NCBI GenBank assembly: GCA_042216675.1 | Contig: JBDGTS010000025.1 | Location: 1 to 21,668 of the forward strand | Length of the DNA stretch: 21,668 nucleotides | Direction of reading: 5' to 3' | Origin: Halobacteriaceae archaeon | Lineage (GTDB): Archaea; Halobacteriota; Halobacteria; Halobacteriales; Halobacteriaceae | Shown here: one piece after another, positions 1 to 9,402 of the stretch | How positions within the stretch are numbered: position 1 is the stretch's first letter | How the letters are laid out: each line of letters begins with the position of its first letter | Notes under the pieces: generated by a model | The model's input: only the letters and a program-made list of their open reading frames with translations | Told to the model about the DNA's origin: nothing | Databases searched by the model: none | Program-made: the position numbers and the translations under genes

Positions 1-936
1 CCCGCAGTCGTCGACGCGGTGGAATCGGCGTTCGCGGCCCACGCGGCCGGCGACGTGGTGATGCCCACCAAGACGTACGTGAACGTGCCCGACGTTGACG
101 GCGACTTCCGGGCGATGCCGGCCTACGTCGGCACCGACGACTGGTCGGCGGCGGGGTGCAAGTGGGTCAACGTCCACCCGAACAACGGCGCCGCCTTCGG
201 CCTGCCGACGGTGATGGCGACGATGATATACAGCGACCCGCGCAACGGCTTTCCGCTCGCGGTGATGGACGGCACGGAACTCACGCGCCTGCGTACCGGC
301 GCCGCCGCGGCCGTCGCTACCGACTACCTCGCGCGGACGGACGCCGAGTCGTTCGGTGTCGTCGGCGCGGGCGCGCAGGCCTACACCCAACTCGATGCCG
401 TCTCCGTCGTGCGCGACGTGTCGGAGGTGGTCGTCGCCGACCGGAACGAGGACCGCGTCGCGGCGTTCGTCGAGGCCTACGAGGACGAGTACGACGTGCG
501 CGGCGGCACCATCTCGGAGGCGGGTCACTGCGACGTGCTCTCGACGGTGACGCCCGTCGAGGAGCCAATCGTCGGCCCCGACGACCTCGGCCCGGCGACG
601 CACGTCAACGCCATCGGCGCCGACGCGCCCGGAAAGCACGAACTCGCGGACGAGATACTGACGGCGGCGAAAATCGTCGTCGACGACCGGGCGCAGGCGA
701 CCCACTCCGGCGAGATAAACGTCCCCTACGCGGCGGGCGTCCTCGGCGACGACGACGTCCACGCCTCGATGGGCGAAGTCGTCGCCGGCGACGCGACGGG
801 GCGCACGCCCGCCGACGCCGTCACCGTCTTCGACAGCACCGGCCTCGCGATTCAGGACGTGGCGGCGGCCCGCGTCGCCTACGAGGGTGCCACCGACGCT
901 GACGAGGGGACCTCGACGGACCTGCTGGGCGTCTAG
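1..936 (+). CDS. Alanine dehydrogenase / ornithine cyclodeaminase (mu-crystallin) family protein, 5'-truncated by window edge
   Basis: Frame stays open back to base 1 (PAVVDAVESAF...). Motifs GCKWVNVHPNN, TRLRTGAAAAVA, Rossmann GVVGAGAQA, HVNAIGAD and FDSTGLAIQD are typical of archaeal AlaDH/OCD. Stop TAG at 934-936. Confidence 0.9.
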   Translation, partial: PAVVDAVESAFAAHAAGDVVMPTKTYVNVPDVDGDFRAMPAYVGTDDWSAAGCKWVNVHPNNGAAFGLPTVMATMIYSDPRNGFPLAVMDGTELTRLRTGAAAAVATDYLARTDAESFGVVGAGAQAYTQLDAVSVVRDVSEVVVADRNEDRVAAFVEAYEDEYDVRGGTISEAGHCDVLSTVTPVEEPIVGPDDLGPATHVNAIGADAPGKHELADEILTAAKIVVDDRAQATHSGEINVPYAAGVLGDDDVHASMGEVVAGDATGRTPADAVTVFDSTGLAIQDVAAARVAYEGATDADEGTSTDLLGV

Positions 937-3779
937 TCGAGGCGGATGGCCGGCCGGAACGGCACGGCGTCGCCGGCCTTCTCGTCGTCCGCCTCGTCCT
1001 CGGGAATCACGTCCACGTCGGCGTCGAACTCCTCGGCGAAGAACGACCGCGCGCTCTCGTACACGTCCCCCTCGTCGAGAGCCACGAGGGCCGCGAGTTC
1101 CTCGTCGTCACGTTCGCGCACCGTCTCGACGAACTCCTGCACGAGTTGGTTCACCTCGTCGCCGCGTTCGCGGAGCGACTCGTGTTGCATCGCTTGGCTC
1201 ATCGCCTCGCCGACGTTCGGGCCGGCCTCGACGACGGCCTCGAAGACGCGGCGCTTCCAGTCCGCGGCGGTGTAGATGCGAATCTCGTCGGGGTCCGTGC
1301 CCGTCACCTCGATGATGTCCCGAACGTCGCCGCTCAGGCTCTCCACGAGGTCCTCCTCGACCTCGACGCGGGTGCTCTCGAAGTCGCCGTCCACCTCGGG
1401 CCACGCCGCCTCCTCGACCGGCGTCCCGGTCAGACGCTCGTGGAGTTCGTTCGCCATGAACGGGACGAAGGGCGCCAGCAGGCGGAGGCGGGTGCGGAGG
1501 ACTTCTCGGAGGGTCCACTTCGCGCCCGGCCGGTCGGTGTCGGTGCGCCGGCGGTACCAGCGCAGGTCCTCGGCGAAGCGGTAGAACACCTCTTGGCTCG
1601 CCCGGCGCGTCTCGAAGTCGTCCAGCGCCGCCGTCGCCTCCCGGACGGCGTGCTGAAGCCGCGACAGGATCCAGCGGTCCGGGCGCGAGAGCGACGGCCG
1701 CTCGTCGGGCACGTCGGCGTCGATGACGCTCTCGGCCTCCTCCCAGAAGCGTTCGAGTTGGTCGCGGGTGCTCTCCACCTCGTCGGCGCGCCAGTCGTAG
1801 TCCTGCCACGGCTCCGCGGAGTTCAGCAGGAAGAAGCGCACGGTGTCGGCCCCGTACTTCTCGATGGCTTCGGTGGGCAGGACGACGTGGCCCTTCGAGG
1901 ACGACATCTTCTCGCCCTCCAGCAGGCCCATGCCCATCACGGTGATGCCCTCCGGCCAGTTCGACTCGTCGAACAGTTCGGCGTGGTGGAACAGGAAGAA
2001 GGTGAGGTGGTTGTTGATGAGGTCGTTGCCCGAGCACCGGTAGTCGACGGGGTACCAGTAGTCCCACTCCTCGCGGAGGTCGAGGGCCGCCTCGCTCGGG
2101 TTCTCGACGGCGTCTTCGCCGTAGAACAGGGTGTCGAAGAACGCCCGGTCCATCTCCTCGGGGGGCACGTCCTGCAGGCGGTGGGCGATGGTGTAGTAGG
2201 ACATGTAGATAGTCGAGTCCGAGAGGGGTTCGATGACGAAGTCCTCGTCCCACGGCAGGCGGGTGCCCAGCCCGTAGTTCCGGATGGCGGGCCACTCTTC
2301 GAGCCAATCGACCGTGTGGTCGTACTGGTCGCGGGTGTTCTCCGGAATGGCGTCGAGTTGCCGGACGGCCTCGTGAGCCTTCGCCTTCCAGTCGTCGTCG
2401 TCGTAGCGAATGAACCACGTGTCCTGTTCGGCCACCTCGACGGCGCCGCCACAGCGACAGACGACGTCCTCTGTGAACTCGTACAGCAGGTCGAAGACGC
2501 CCTCCTCGCGGTAGTGGTCGCGGAACTCCTCGCGGACGTTCTCGACGGTTCGGTCGGCGAAGTCGCCGTACGCCTCGACGAGACGACCCGCGCGGAACTC
2601 GTCGCCGTACAGTTCCTGCGTCGCCTCTTCGAGGGCTTCCTCCGCGGAGGACTCGATGCCGTACTCCGCGATGACGTCGGCGGCCGGAATCTCGCCGTAG
2701 CCCTCGATGGTGAGGATGGGGACGGGTTCGATGGCTCGCACCTCCTCGGGGTCGATGCCGTACTCGGTCAACTCGTCCGCGCGGGCCTGCACCTCCTGTA
2801 AGGCCACGTAGTCGTCGGGGCTGTGGGCCGGCACGGACATCACGACGCCCGTCGCGTTCTCGGGGTCCACGAAGTCCGCGGGGAGGAGCAACACGTCCTC
2901 GTCGGTGACGGGGTTCGTGACGTGGCTCCCGACGAGGTCCGCCCCGTCGAATCGGTCCTCGACTGTCACGTCGTGGGCCTGCAGGCGGAGTTTCGCGACG
3001 GCCGCCTCTGAGACGTACCACGTCTCGCCGTCGACGCTGGCCTCGACGTAGTCGCCGTCGGGGTTGATGAAGGCGTTCGTGACGCCGCGCACCGTCTCGG
3101 GGCGCAGGGTGGCCATCGGGATGGTGGCGTCGTCGGCGCGGAATTTCACCAGCGTGTACTCCTGATACTCGGCCTCCTCGCCCTCCAGCAAGTCGTGGGT
3201 GGTGACCGGTTGCTCCTCGTTGGTGCAGTACTTCACCGGGTGGAGGCCCTGTTCGAGGAGGCCTCGGTCCTTCAGGGTCCGGTACTGCCACTCGATGAAC
3301 TTCGAGTAGCGCTCGTCGTTCGTCGTGAACTCCCGGCGCCAGTCGATGGAGAGGCCGAGCGACTTCATCCCGCGCTTGTAACTCGACTCGGCTTCCTCGA
3401 TGAAGTAGCGGGCGTACCCCATCGGGGTTTCGAGGTCCTGCAGGTCCGACTCGGGGACGTTGAACGCGTCCTTGAGCGTGCTGATCTGGTCCTCGTTCCC
3501 CTTCTTCAGTCGCTCGACGGCGCCCACGATGGGTGTGCCGGTGACGTGCCAGCCGATGGGAAAGAGGACGTTGTCGCCCTGCAGGCGGCGGTAGCGGGCG
3601 TACACGTCCGGAACGGTGTAGGTCCGGCAGTGACCGACGTGCATCCCGCCGCTGGGGTAGGGGTAAGGAACCGTGACGAAGGTGGCCTCCTCGTCGGGGT
3701 CGGGGTCGGCCTCGTAGCGGCCGTTCTCCGCCCACCGACTGCGCCACTTCTCCTCGATGGCGAGGGGGTCGTAGTCCAT
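933..3779 (-). CDS. leuS: Leucine--tRNA ligase (archaeal/eukaryal type)
   Basis: PYPYPSGGMHVGH (HIGH-like), IDWRREFTT, CP1 editing motifs ATLRPET and TGVVMSVPAHSPDD, and KMSSSKG. Start moved to ATG at 3779 (MDYDPL...), with a TTTTTGG box about 27 nt upstream. Confidence 0.97.
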   Translation of the reverse strand: MDYDPLAIEEKWRSRWAENGRYEADPDPDEEATFVTVPYPYPSGGMHVGHCRTYTVPDVYARYRRLQGDNVLFPIGWHVTGTPIVGAVERLKKGNEDQISTLKDAFNVPESDLQDLETPMGYARYFIEEAESSYKRGMKSLGLSIDWRREFTTNDERYSKFIEWQYRTLKDRGLLEQGLHPVKYCTNEEQPVTTHDLLEGEEAEYQEYTLVKFRADDATIPMATLRPETVRGVTNAFINPDGDYVEASVDGETWYVSEAAVAKLRLQAHDVTVEDRFDGADLVGSHVTNPVTDEDVLLLPADFVDPENATGVVMSVPAHSPDDYVALQEVQARADELTEYGIDPEEVRAIEPVPILTIEGYGEIPAADVIAEYGIESSAEEALEEATQELYGDEFRAGRLVEAYGDFADRTVENVREEFRDHYREEGVFDLLYEFTEDVVCRCGGAVEVAEQDTWFIRYDDDDWKAKAHEAVRQLDAIPENTRDQYDHTVDWLEEWPAIRNYGLGTRLPWDEDFVIEPLSDSTIYMSYYTIAHRLQDVPPEEMDRAFFDTLFYGEDAVENPSEAALDLREEWDYWYPVDYRCSGNDLINNHLTFFLFHHAELFDESNWPEGITVMGMGLLEGEKMSSSKGHVVLPTEAIEKYGADTVRFFLLNSAEPWQDYDWRADEVESTRDQLERFWEEAESVIDADVPDERPSLSRPDRWILSRLQHAVREATAALDDFETRRASQEVFYRFAEDLRWYRRRTDTDRPGAKWTLREVLRTRLRLLAPFVPFMANELHERLTGTPVEEAAWPEVDGDFESTRVEVEEDLVESLSGDVRDIIEVTGTDPDEIRIYTAADWKRRVFEAVVEAGPNVGEAMSQAMQHESLRERGDEVNQLVQEFVETVRERDDEELAALVALDEGDVYESARSFFAEEFDADVDVIPEDEADDEKAGDAVPFRPAIRLD

Positions 3780-3831
3780 ACCGCTCACTCGGGAGGGCCG
3801 CAACCAAAAACCCCGCCCTCCGCGCTCGCCG

Positions 3832-4236
3832 CTACTCGATTTCGATTTCGTGGCCGCTCCCGCCCTCGGCCTTCGGGAGCGTCACGGTGAGGACGCCCTC
3901 GTCGTAGGTGGCGCTCGCCTCGCCGGCCGCCACCAGCCCCGGAAGGTCGAGCGTTCGGCTCACGGACTCCTGTGTGCGCTCCCGGCGGACGAACTCGCCC
4001 CGCGCCGTCTCCGCCTCCGAGGACCGCTCGGCGCTGACGGTGAGGTAGCCGTCGCCGACTTCCACGTCGATGTCCGCCCGGTCGTAGCCCGGCAGGTCGG
4101 CGCGCACGACGTAGGCGCCGGCCCGGTCCTCCACGTCGACGGCCACGTCGCCGCCGGTCAGCAGTGTCTCGTCGAACTCCTCGCCGAACCGGTCGAGCAG
4201 ACGCTCGAACTCGTCGAACGGGTTTCGTCCTGACAT
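3832..4236 (-). CDS. Small heat-shock protein (Hsp20/alpha-crystallin family)
   Basis: N-terminal NPFDEFERL, VRADLPG, and C-terminal ASATYDEGVLTVTLPK...IEIE (IxI motif). ATG at 4236 chosen as start. Confidence 0.93.
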   Translation of the reverse strand: MSGRNPFDEFERLLDRFGEEFDETLLTGGDVAVDVEDRAGAYVVRADLPGYDRADIDVEVGDGYLTVSAERSSEAETARGEFVRRERTQESVSRTLDLPGLVAAGEASATYDEGVLTVTLPKAEGGSGHEIEIE

Positions 4237-4279
4237 CGACTGTCCGTAGGCGCGCAACGGCCCTAAACGCTCGGGCCGT

Positions 4280-5095
4280 TCACACGACGTGTTCCACGTC
4301 GTAGGAGCCGAGCCACCGGACCCACCCCTCGGCGGAGAGGTCCTCCAACTCCTGAACTGCCTCGTCGGTGCGGGCCTCGTAGCGCCCCGCCTCCACGTCG
4401 ATGTGGAACACGTAGTCGCCGAGTCGCTCGCCGCTGGGGCGGGACTCGACGCGGGTGAGGTTGATGTCGCGGTCCGCGAACGGCTCCAGCAGGCGGAGGA
4501 GCAGCCCCGGGTAGTCCGTGCCCGGGTAGACGACGAAGGTGGACTTGCCGCCGGCCTCCGTGCGCTCCTCGGGGGGTGCGATGACGAAGAAGCGCGTCGA
4601 GTTCGAGGCGCGGTCCTGAATCTCCTCGGCGAGGACCTGCAGGCCGTCGTCGGCGTTGTCCGGGTGGGCGATGGCCGCCACCGTCTCGTCCTCGCGGGCG
4701 AGTTCGACGCCGCGCGCGGTGGAGGCGACGGCCTCCTGTTCGGCGTCGGGGTAGTGCTCGGCGAGGTAGTCCCGGCACTGCGCGAGCGCCTGCGGGTGGC
4801 TCGCGACGGTGTCGAACTCCTCGTGCTGGGCGATGAGCGCGTGGTTGATGGGGGTCACCACCTCGCGCACGATGGCCACGTCGTGGTCGGCGAGGGCGTC
4901 GAGGCTCTCCGTGACGCCGCCCTCGATGCTGTTCTCGATGGGGACGACGCCCCGGTCGAACTCGCCGTCGGCGACGGCGGCGACGATGTCCGTCTTCGTC
5001 TCGCGGAAGCCGATTTCGTCCTCGGGGTCGCCGTCGACGGCCTCGGCGACCCGGTGGGAGTAGCTTCCGGTCGGACCCAGCGTGACGATTCGCAT
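4280..5095 (-). CDS. pheA: Prephenate dehydratase (PDT + ACT domain)
   Basis: LGPTGSYS, VVPIENSIEG, SHPQALAQC, NSTRF catalytic motif, and INLTRVESRP ACT motif. Confidence 0.96.
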   Translation of the reverse strand: MRIVTLGPTGSYSHRVAEAVDGDPEDEIGFRETKTDIVAAVADGEFDRGVVPIENSIEGGVTESLDALADHDVAIVREVVTPINHALIAQHEEFDTVASHPQALAQCRDYLAEHYPDAEQEAVASTARGVELAREDETVAAIAHPDNADDGLQVLAEEIQDRASNSTRFFVIAPPEERTEAGGKSTFVVYPGTDYPGLLLRLLEPFADRDINLTRVESRPSGERLGDYVFHIDVEAGRYEARTDEAVQELEDLSAEGWVRWLGSYDVEHVV

Positions 5096-5137
5096 ACGTC
5101 AGCGTCGGCCCGCGCCCTCAAAAAGCCCGTCGGAGCG

Positions 5138-6508
5138 TCACCCGCCGTGGACGCCCCGGCCGAGTGCGTCCGTCGCCGCCTCCAGCGTCGCCTCCGCGAG
5201 CGTCGGGTGGGCGTGGACCGTCGCCGCCACGTCGTCGAGCGTCGCCCCCGTCGCGACGGCGAGGCCGAGTTCCGCCACGACTTCCGACGCTTCGGGACCG
5301 ACGACTTCGCCGCCGATGACCGTCCCCGCCGCGTCGGCGACGACGCGCACGAACCCCTCGCGCTCGTTTGCGGTCAGCGCCCGACCGCTCGCCCGGAACG
5401 GGTACTCGCCGACGAGGGCGTCGTCAGGTGCCGCCTCGCTCGTCGTCCCCACCGTCGCCACCTCGGGGTCGGTGAACGCGACGGCGGGCACGGCCCGTGC
5501 GGGCGGCACCGCCTCGGCGCCAGTCGCGTCCGCGGCAGCGATGCGCCCCTCGTGCATCGCGGCGTGGGCCAGCATCGGGTCGCCCGCCGCGTCGCCGACG
5601 GCGTAGATGCCGTCGACGGGCGTCTCCTGCCGGTCGTCCGTCGGGAACGCGCCGTCCTCGACCGGCAGCCCCGCCGCCGCCGGATTCACCGTGTCCGTCA
5701 CCGGTTCGCGGCCCACGGCCACCAGCGCCACGTCGCCCGTGACCGTGCGCTCGCCGTCGGGGCCGTCGAGGGTCACCGCGACGCCGTCGTCAGTCTCCCG
5801 GTGGCCGACCGCCCGGTGGTTCAGGTGGAACGCGACGCCCGCGTCGGCCGCGCGCTTCCGGACCGGTTCGGCGAGGTCGGCGGGGAAGCCCGGCAGCACC
5901 TCGTCCAGCATCTCCGCGACGACGACGTCGGTGCCGAGGCGCGCGAACACGGTGGCGAGTTCCATCCCGACGTAGCCGCCGCCGACGACGACGAGGCTGT
6001 CGGGCACCGGGTCGAGTGCGAGCGCCGCCCGTGAGTCGAGGACGCCGGGCGCGTCGAAGGGCATCGACGGCAGTTCGATCGGGCGGCTTCCGGTGGCGAC
6101 CACCGCTCGCTCGAAGGAGAGCGTCTGGTCGCTGACGCGGAGGGCGTCCGCGCTCTCGAACGTCGCGGTGCCGTCGACGACGGTGACGCCCGCCCGCTCA
6201 CAGAGCAGTTCGACGCCGCGGGTCAGCCGTCGGACCACGCGGTCCGTCCAGCGCCGCGTCTCCTCGGCCGCGATGCGCGGGTCGGCGTAGACGCCCATCC
6301 GCTCGGCATTCCCCGCGCGGTGGGCCAGCCCCGTCGCCGAGAGGAGCGCCTTCGAGGGGATACAGCCGTGGTTTAGGCAGACGCCCCCCGGCGCGTCGCG
6401 CTCTATCAGCGTCACGTCCGCGCCGTTCTCGGCGGCCCGGACCGCGGCGACGTAGCCGCCGGGGCCGCCGCCGACGACGGCGAGGTCCGTCTCCGCGGGC
6501 AGGTTCAT
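5138..6508 (-). CDS. lpdA: Dihydrolipoamide dehydrogenase (E3)
   Basis: FAD motif VGGGPGGYVAA, redox disulfide GGVCLNHGCIPSKAL, NAD motif VGGGYVGME, IYAVGD, and C-terminal HAHPTLAE. True start is ATG at 6508 (MNLPAETD); the track's upstream extension is spurious. Confidence 0.9.
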   Translation of the reverse strand: MNLPAETDLAVVGGGPGGYVAAVRAAENGADVTLIERDAPGGVCLNHGCIPSKALLSATGLAHRAGNAERMGVYADPRIAAEETRRWTDRVVRRLTRGVELLCERAGVTVVDGTATFESADALRVSDQTLSFERAVVATGSRPIELPSMPFDAPGVLDSRAALALDPVPDSLVVVGGGYVGMELATVFARLGTDVVVAEMLDEVLPGFPADLAEPVRKRAADAGVAFHLNHRAVGHRETDDGVAVTLDGPDGERTVTGDVALVAVGREPVTDTVNPAAAGLPVEDGAFPTDDRQETPVDGIYAVGDAAGDPMLAHAAMHEGRIAAADATGAEAVPPARAVPAVAFTDPEVATVGTTSEAAPDDALVGEYPFRASGRALTANEREGFVRVVADAAGTVIGGEVVGPEASEVVAELGLAVATGATLDDVAATVHAHPTLAEATLEAATDALGRGVHGG

Positions 6509-6539
6509 GCCCGGGCCGACGGCGCGCCCCGGCAAGGGT

Positions 6540-7946
6540 TTATCGGGACCAGAATCGCCCGTGGAAGTCGAAGGGCAGGACGTGCGGGAGCGGTGCCCGC
6601 CCCGTCTCGGCGAGCGTCTGTGCGTCGAGGCAGTGCAGCACCGACCGCTCGGCCTCACCGTCGAGAGCCACCACGAGAAGCACGCCGTCGTCCTCGGCCG
6701 TGCCGCCGGGCCGGGGCACGAATACCGGTTCGCCGGGATACGTCTCGCCGTCGGGTCGCCACGTCGTCGCGGTGCCGTTCGGCACGTCCACCTTCACCAC
6801 GCCCGTCGCGAACCCCGCGTCGCCGGGGGACTGGCCGTAGGCGTAGCGGTAGCCCCGCGTGTGCCGGCCCGGAGCGATGCGCGGGAGCGTGATGCCCTCG
6901 TGTCGCCGCTCCACGTCCACGGCGTCGGCGTCGCCGTCGAGGGGCACCCGACAGCGCAGGAGCGACCCGGCGAGGCCCGGCGCGTCGCCGGCCCGGAGCG
7001 CGTCGAGAGAGAGCGCCGAGACTGCACTCGCGTCCTCGAACGCCACGAGGTCCACCACCACGTCGTCGCCGTCCTCGAACGCGCCGACCTGATGGAAGCA
7101 GAAGAACGGCGGCGCGCGCGGCCGGCCGACCACCTCGCCCGTCGCGCGGTCAACGACGGTGAATCGGGTGCCCCGGGCGGGCCGCCACCGGTAGCGCTCG
7201 ATGAACGGCGTCGTGCCGGGCGCGAGGAGGCGGAGCGGATGGACGACCAGCGGCGACTCGACGATGACGACGTGCGACTCCGAGAGCGCGAAACTGTGGA
7301 CGTACGCGGGCCGGTCCACCGGGACCGTCGCCACCTCCGTCCGCGCCGTCTCGCCCGCCGCGCGGCGACGGACGCTGTAGGTGGACTGCCGGCCAAAGCG
7401 CGTCGCCACGTTCCACATCGCGCCCGTCTCCGGGTCGCGTATCGGATGCGAACACCGGTGGTGCGCCGTCAGGTCGTCGTCGAAGGTCCACTCGCCGCGC
7501 GCGTCGAGCGTCGCCGGGTCGAATTCGACGGCGCGCGTGGTTTCGGTCGTCGCGACTGCGCGGTCCCCGACTCGCTGGACGTGGACGTTCGCGTTGTCGG
7601 TGGCGCGGGGCACGAGTGCCGCCCTGAGTCGCTCGCGGAGGCCGTTCCCGGTGGCGCTCGTGCCGAACTGGCCGGCGTACGCACCCTCCCGTGCCCGCTC
7701 GTACGTCTCCGACCGGAGAAAGCGGTTCGTGTACGTCACCGCACCGTCGGCGACGGCGAACCGGCGGAGCATTCCGAGGCCGTCGAACCAGTGGTCGAAG
7801 GATTCGCCGCCCGCCTCGAACGCGCCGGGGCCGTTCCTGACGAGGACGCCGTCGAGCCACGACGGGAGGTCACCCTCGACCGGAAGCCGACGCTCCGACA
7901 CTTCCTCGTCGAGCGTTCGGAAGCCGGCGGCGTAGGGGGCACTCAC
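6540..7946 (-). CDS. Carotenoid cleavage oxygenase / RPE65 family non-heme iron dioxygenase
   Basis: C-terminal 468 aa of track ORF 6540..8768. Motifs EGDLPSWLDGVLVRNGPG, HWFDGLG, four putative Fe-binding His (CSHP, YVHSF, FCFHQV, DFHG), GEPVFVP and EDDG. GTG start at 7946 is inferred. Confidence 0.9.
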   Translation of the reverse strand: MSAPYAAGFRTLDEEVSERRLPVEGDLPSWLDGVLVRNGPGAFEAGGESFDHWFDGLGMLRRFAVADGAVTYTNRFLRSETYERAREGAYAGQFGTSATGNGLRERLRAALVPRATDNANVHVQRVGDRAVATTETTRAVEFDPATLDARGEWTFDDDLTAHHRCSHPIRDPETGAMWNVATRFGRQSTYSVRRRAAGETARTEVATVPVDRPAYVHSFALSESHVVIVESPLVVHPLRLLAPGTTPFIERYRWRPARGTRFTVVDRATGEVVGRPRAPPFFCFHQVGAFEDGDDVVVDLVAFEDASAVSALSLDALRAGDAPGLAGSLLRCRVPLDGDADAVDVERRHEGITLPRIAPGRHTRGYRYAYGQSPGDAGFATGVVKVDVPNGTATTWRPDGETYPGEPVFVPRPGGTAEDDGVLLVVALDGEAERSVLHCLDAQTLAETGRAPLPHVLPFDFHGRFWSR

Positions 7947-7972
7947 ACCGCCGGCTTCGCGGGCCAGCCCCC

Positions 7973-8905
7973 TCAATCCTGTGCCGGCCCGCGTCGCGCC
8001 GTGCGCCGGGCCTCGGCCACCGACTCGCCCGTCGTCAGCGCCTCGACGAACACTTCGCCGGCCCGGTACGAGGAGCGTACGAGGGGGCCGCTGGCGCAGT
8101 AGGCGAAGCCGAGTTCCTCCTCCGCGACGGCGCGCCACGTCTCGAACGTCGCGGGGTGGACGTACTCCTCGACGGGCAGGTGGTCGCCGGAGGGCCGGAG
8201 ATACTGGCCCAGCGTCACCACCTCGACGCCCGCCTCGCGGCAGTCCGCCAGCGTCTCGTACACCTCGTCGGGTCGCTCGCCGACGCCGAGCATCAGGCTC
8301 GTCTTGACGTGGGCCTCGGAGTCGGCGGCCTGTTCGAGGACCGAGAGCGACTGCTCGTAGCCCGCGCGGGGGTCCCGAACCGGCTGTTGGCGTCGCTCGA
8401 CGGTTTCGACGTTGTGCGCGAACACGTCCGGGCCGGCGTCGAGGACCTCGGCCACGAGGTCGGGGTCGCCCCGGAAGTCCGGCACCAGCGCCTCGACCAG
8501 CATCGAGGGGTCCTGGCGCTTGATTTCGCGGATGGTCTCCGCGAAGTGACCAGCGCCCTGCCCGTCGAGGTCGTCGCGGTCGACGGAGGTCAACACCACG
8601 TAATCGAGGCCGATGTCGGCGACGGCGGCCGCGACGTTCGCGGGTTCCTCGGGGTCGAGGGGGTCCATCCCGCCCGTCGCCACGTCGCAGAACGAACAGC
8701 CACGCGAACAGCGGTCGCCCATCAACATCACCGTCGCCGTGCCGGGGCCGTCGCGGCCCGACCAGCACTCACCCATGTTTGGACACGACGCCTCCTCGCA
8801 CACGGTGTGCAGGTCGTGCTCCCGGAGGGTCGCCTTGATGTCCGTGAACCGCTCGCCCGACGGCGGCCGGACCTTCAGCCAGTCGGGCTTGCGCCGCCTG
8901 CTCAT
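7973..8905 (-). CDS. lipA: Lipoyl synthase (radical SAM)
   Basis: RKPDWLKV, CX4CX5C (CEEASCPNMGEC), CX3CX2C (CSRGCSFC), TSVDRDDL, HNVETV, LGQYLRPS and VRSSY. Confidence 0.97.
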   Translation of the reverse strand: MSRRRKPDWLKVRPPSGERFTDIKATLREHDLHTVCEEASCPNMGECWSGRDGPGTATVMLMGDRCSRGCSFCDVATGGMDPLDPEEPANVAAAVADIGLDYVVLTSVDRDDLDGQGAGHFAETIREIKRQDPSMLVEALVPDFRGDPDLVAEVLDAGPDVFAHNVETVERRQQPVRDPRAGYEQSLSVLEQAADSEAHVKTSLMLGVGERPDEVYETLADCREAGVEVVTLGQYLRPSGDHLPVEEYVHPATFETWRAVAEEELGFAYCASGPLVRSSYRAGEVFVEALTTGESVAEARRTARRGPAQD

Positions 8906-8943
8906 ACGCCCCGGTCGGTCGCCCCGCTAAAAGGGCGTGTGGT

Positions 8944-9402
8944 TCAGCGGTGGACCCGCCACGTGAACAGGCTCTCGAACACGTAGTTCAGGAGCATCGA
9001 CGCCGCGATGGCGACGGGGAACGGGATGACCCGCCAGAGGTCGAAGCCGCCGACGACGACGGCCACCGACAGGCCGGAGAGGAACTGGACGACGAGAAAC
9101 TGGGTCGCGAGGCCGCCCGAGCGGACCAGATTCGACTTCAGGAACCGCCGGAGGGCGTTCGGCCACCCGTCGAGGCCGTGGTCCGCGAACGTCCACCGCT
9201 CGTTGACGGCGAACATCACGACGATGGCCACCTCCGCGCCGACGAGTTTCGCGTACTCCGGCGGCACGCCGAGGCCGACGCTGAGGACGGTGCTGACGCT
9301 CAGATCGAAGACGGCCCCGATGGCGCCAACCGAGACGAACTTCCCGAATCTGGCGCGGGAGGCGAGGGCGCCGACGCGCCCCTCACTCGTCTCCGATGGC
9401 AT
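8944..9402 (-). CDS. GtrA family small membrane protein (putative lipid-linked sugar flippase)
   Basis: C-terminal part of ORF 8944..9693: RFGKFVSVGAIGAVFD, FAVNERWTF, NYVFESLFTW and about 4 hydrophobic segments. ATG at 9402 overlaps the GT2 3' end by 20 nt. Confidence 0.85.
   Translation of the reverse strand: MPSETSEGRVGALASRARFGKFVSVGAIGAVFDLSVSTVLSVGLGVPPEYAKLVGAEVAIVVMFAVNERWTFADHGLDGWPNALRRFLKSNLVRSGGLATQFLVVQFLSGLSVAVVVGGFDLWRVIPFPVAIAASMLLNYVFESLFTWRVHR

Noticed and set aside
1108-3807. 899-aa alternative-frame ORF overlapping leuS, and the 551-aa antisense ORF 1146..2801
   Set aside because: Shadow ORFs (Arg/Pro/Gly-rich or antisense) typical of high-GC DNA, with no motifs. The leuS frame fully explains the region.
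3780-3831. Leu- or Phe-codon leader peptides upstream of leuS (and pheA, 5096-5137) analogous to the trpS leader
   Set aside because: The gaps are only 52 and 42 nt, contain just a T-rich promoter box, and have no such uORF.
7947-8768. N-terminal extension of the carotenoid oxygenase overlapping lipA (possible fusion)
   Set aside because: Different frame from lipA and low-complexity. lipA is complete with its own stop at 7973-7975.
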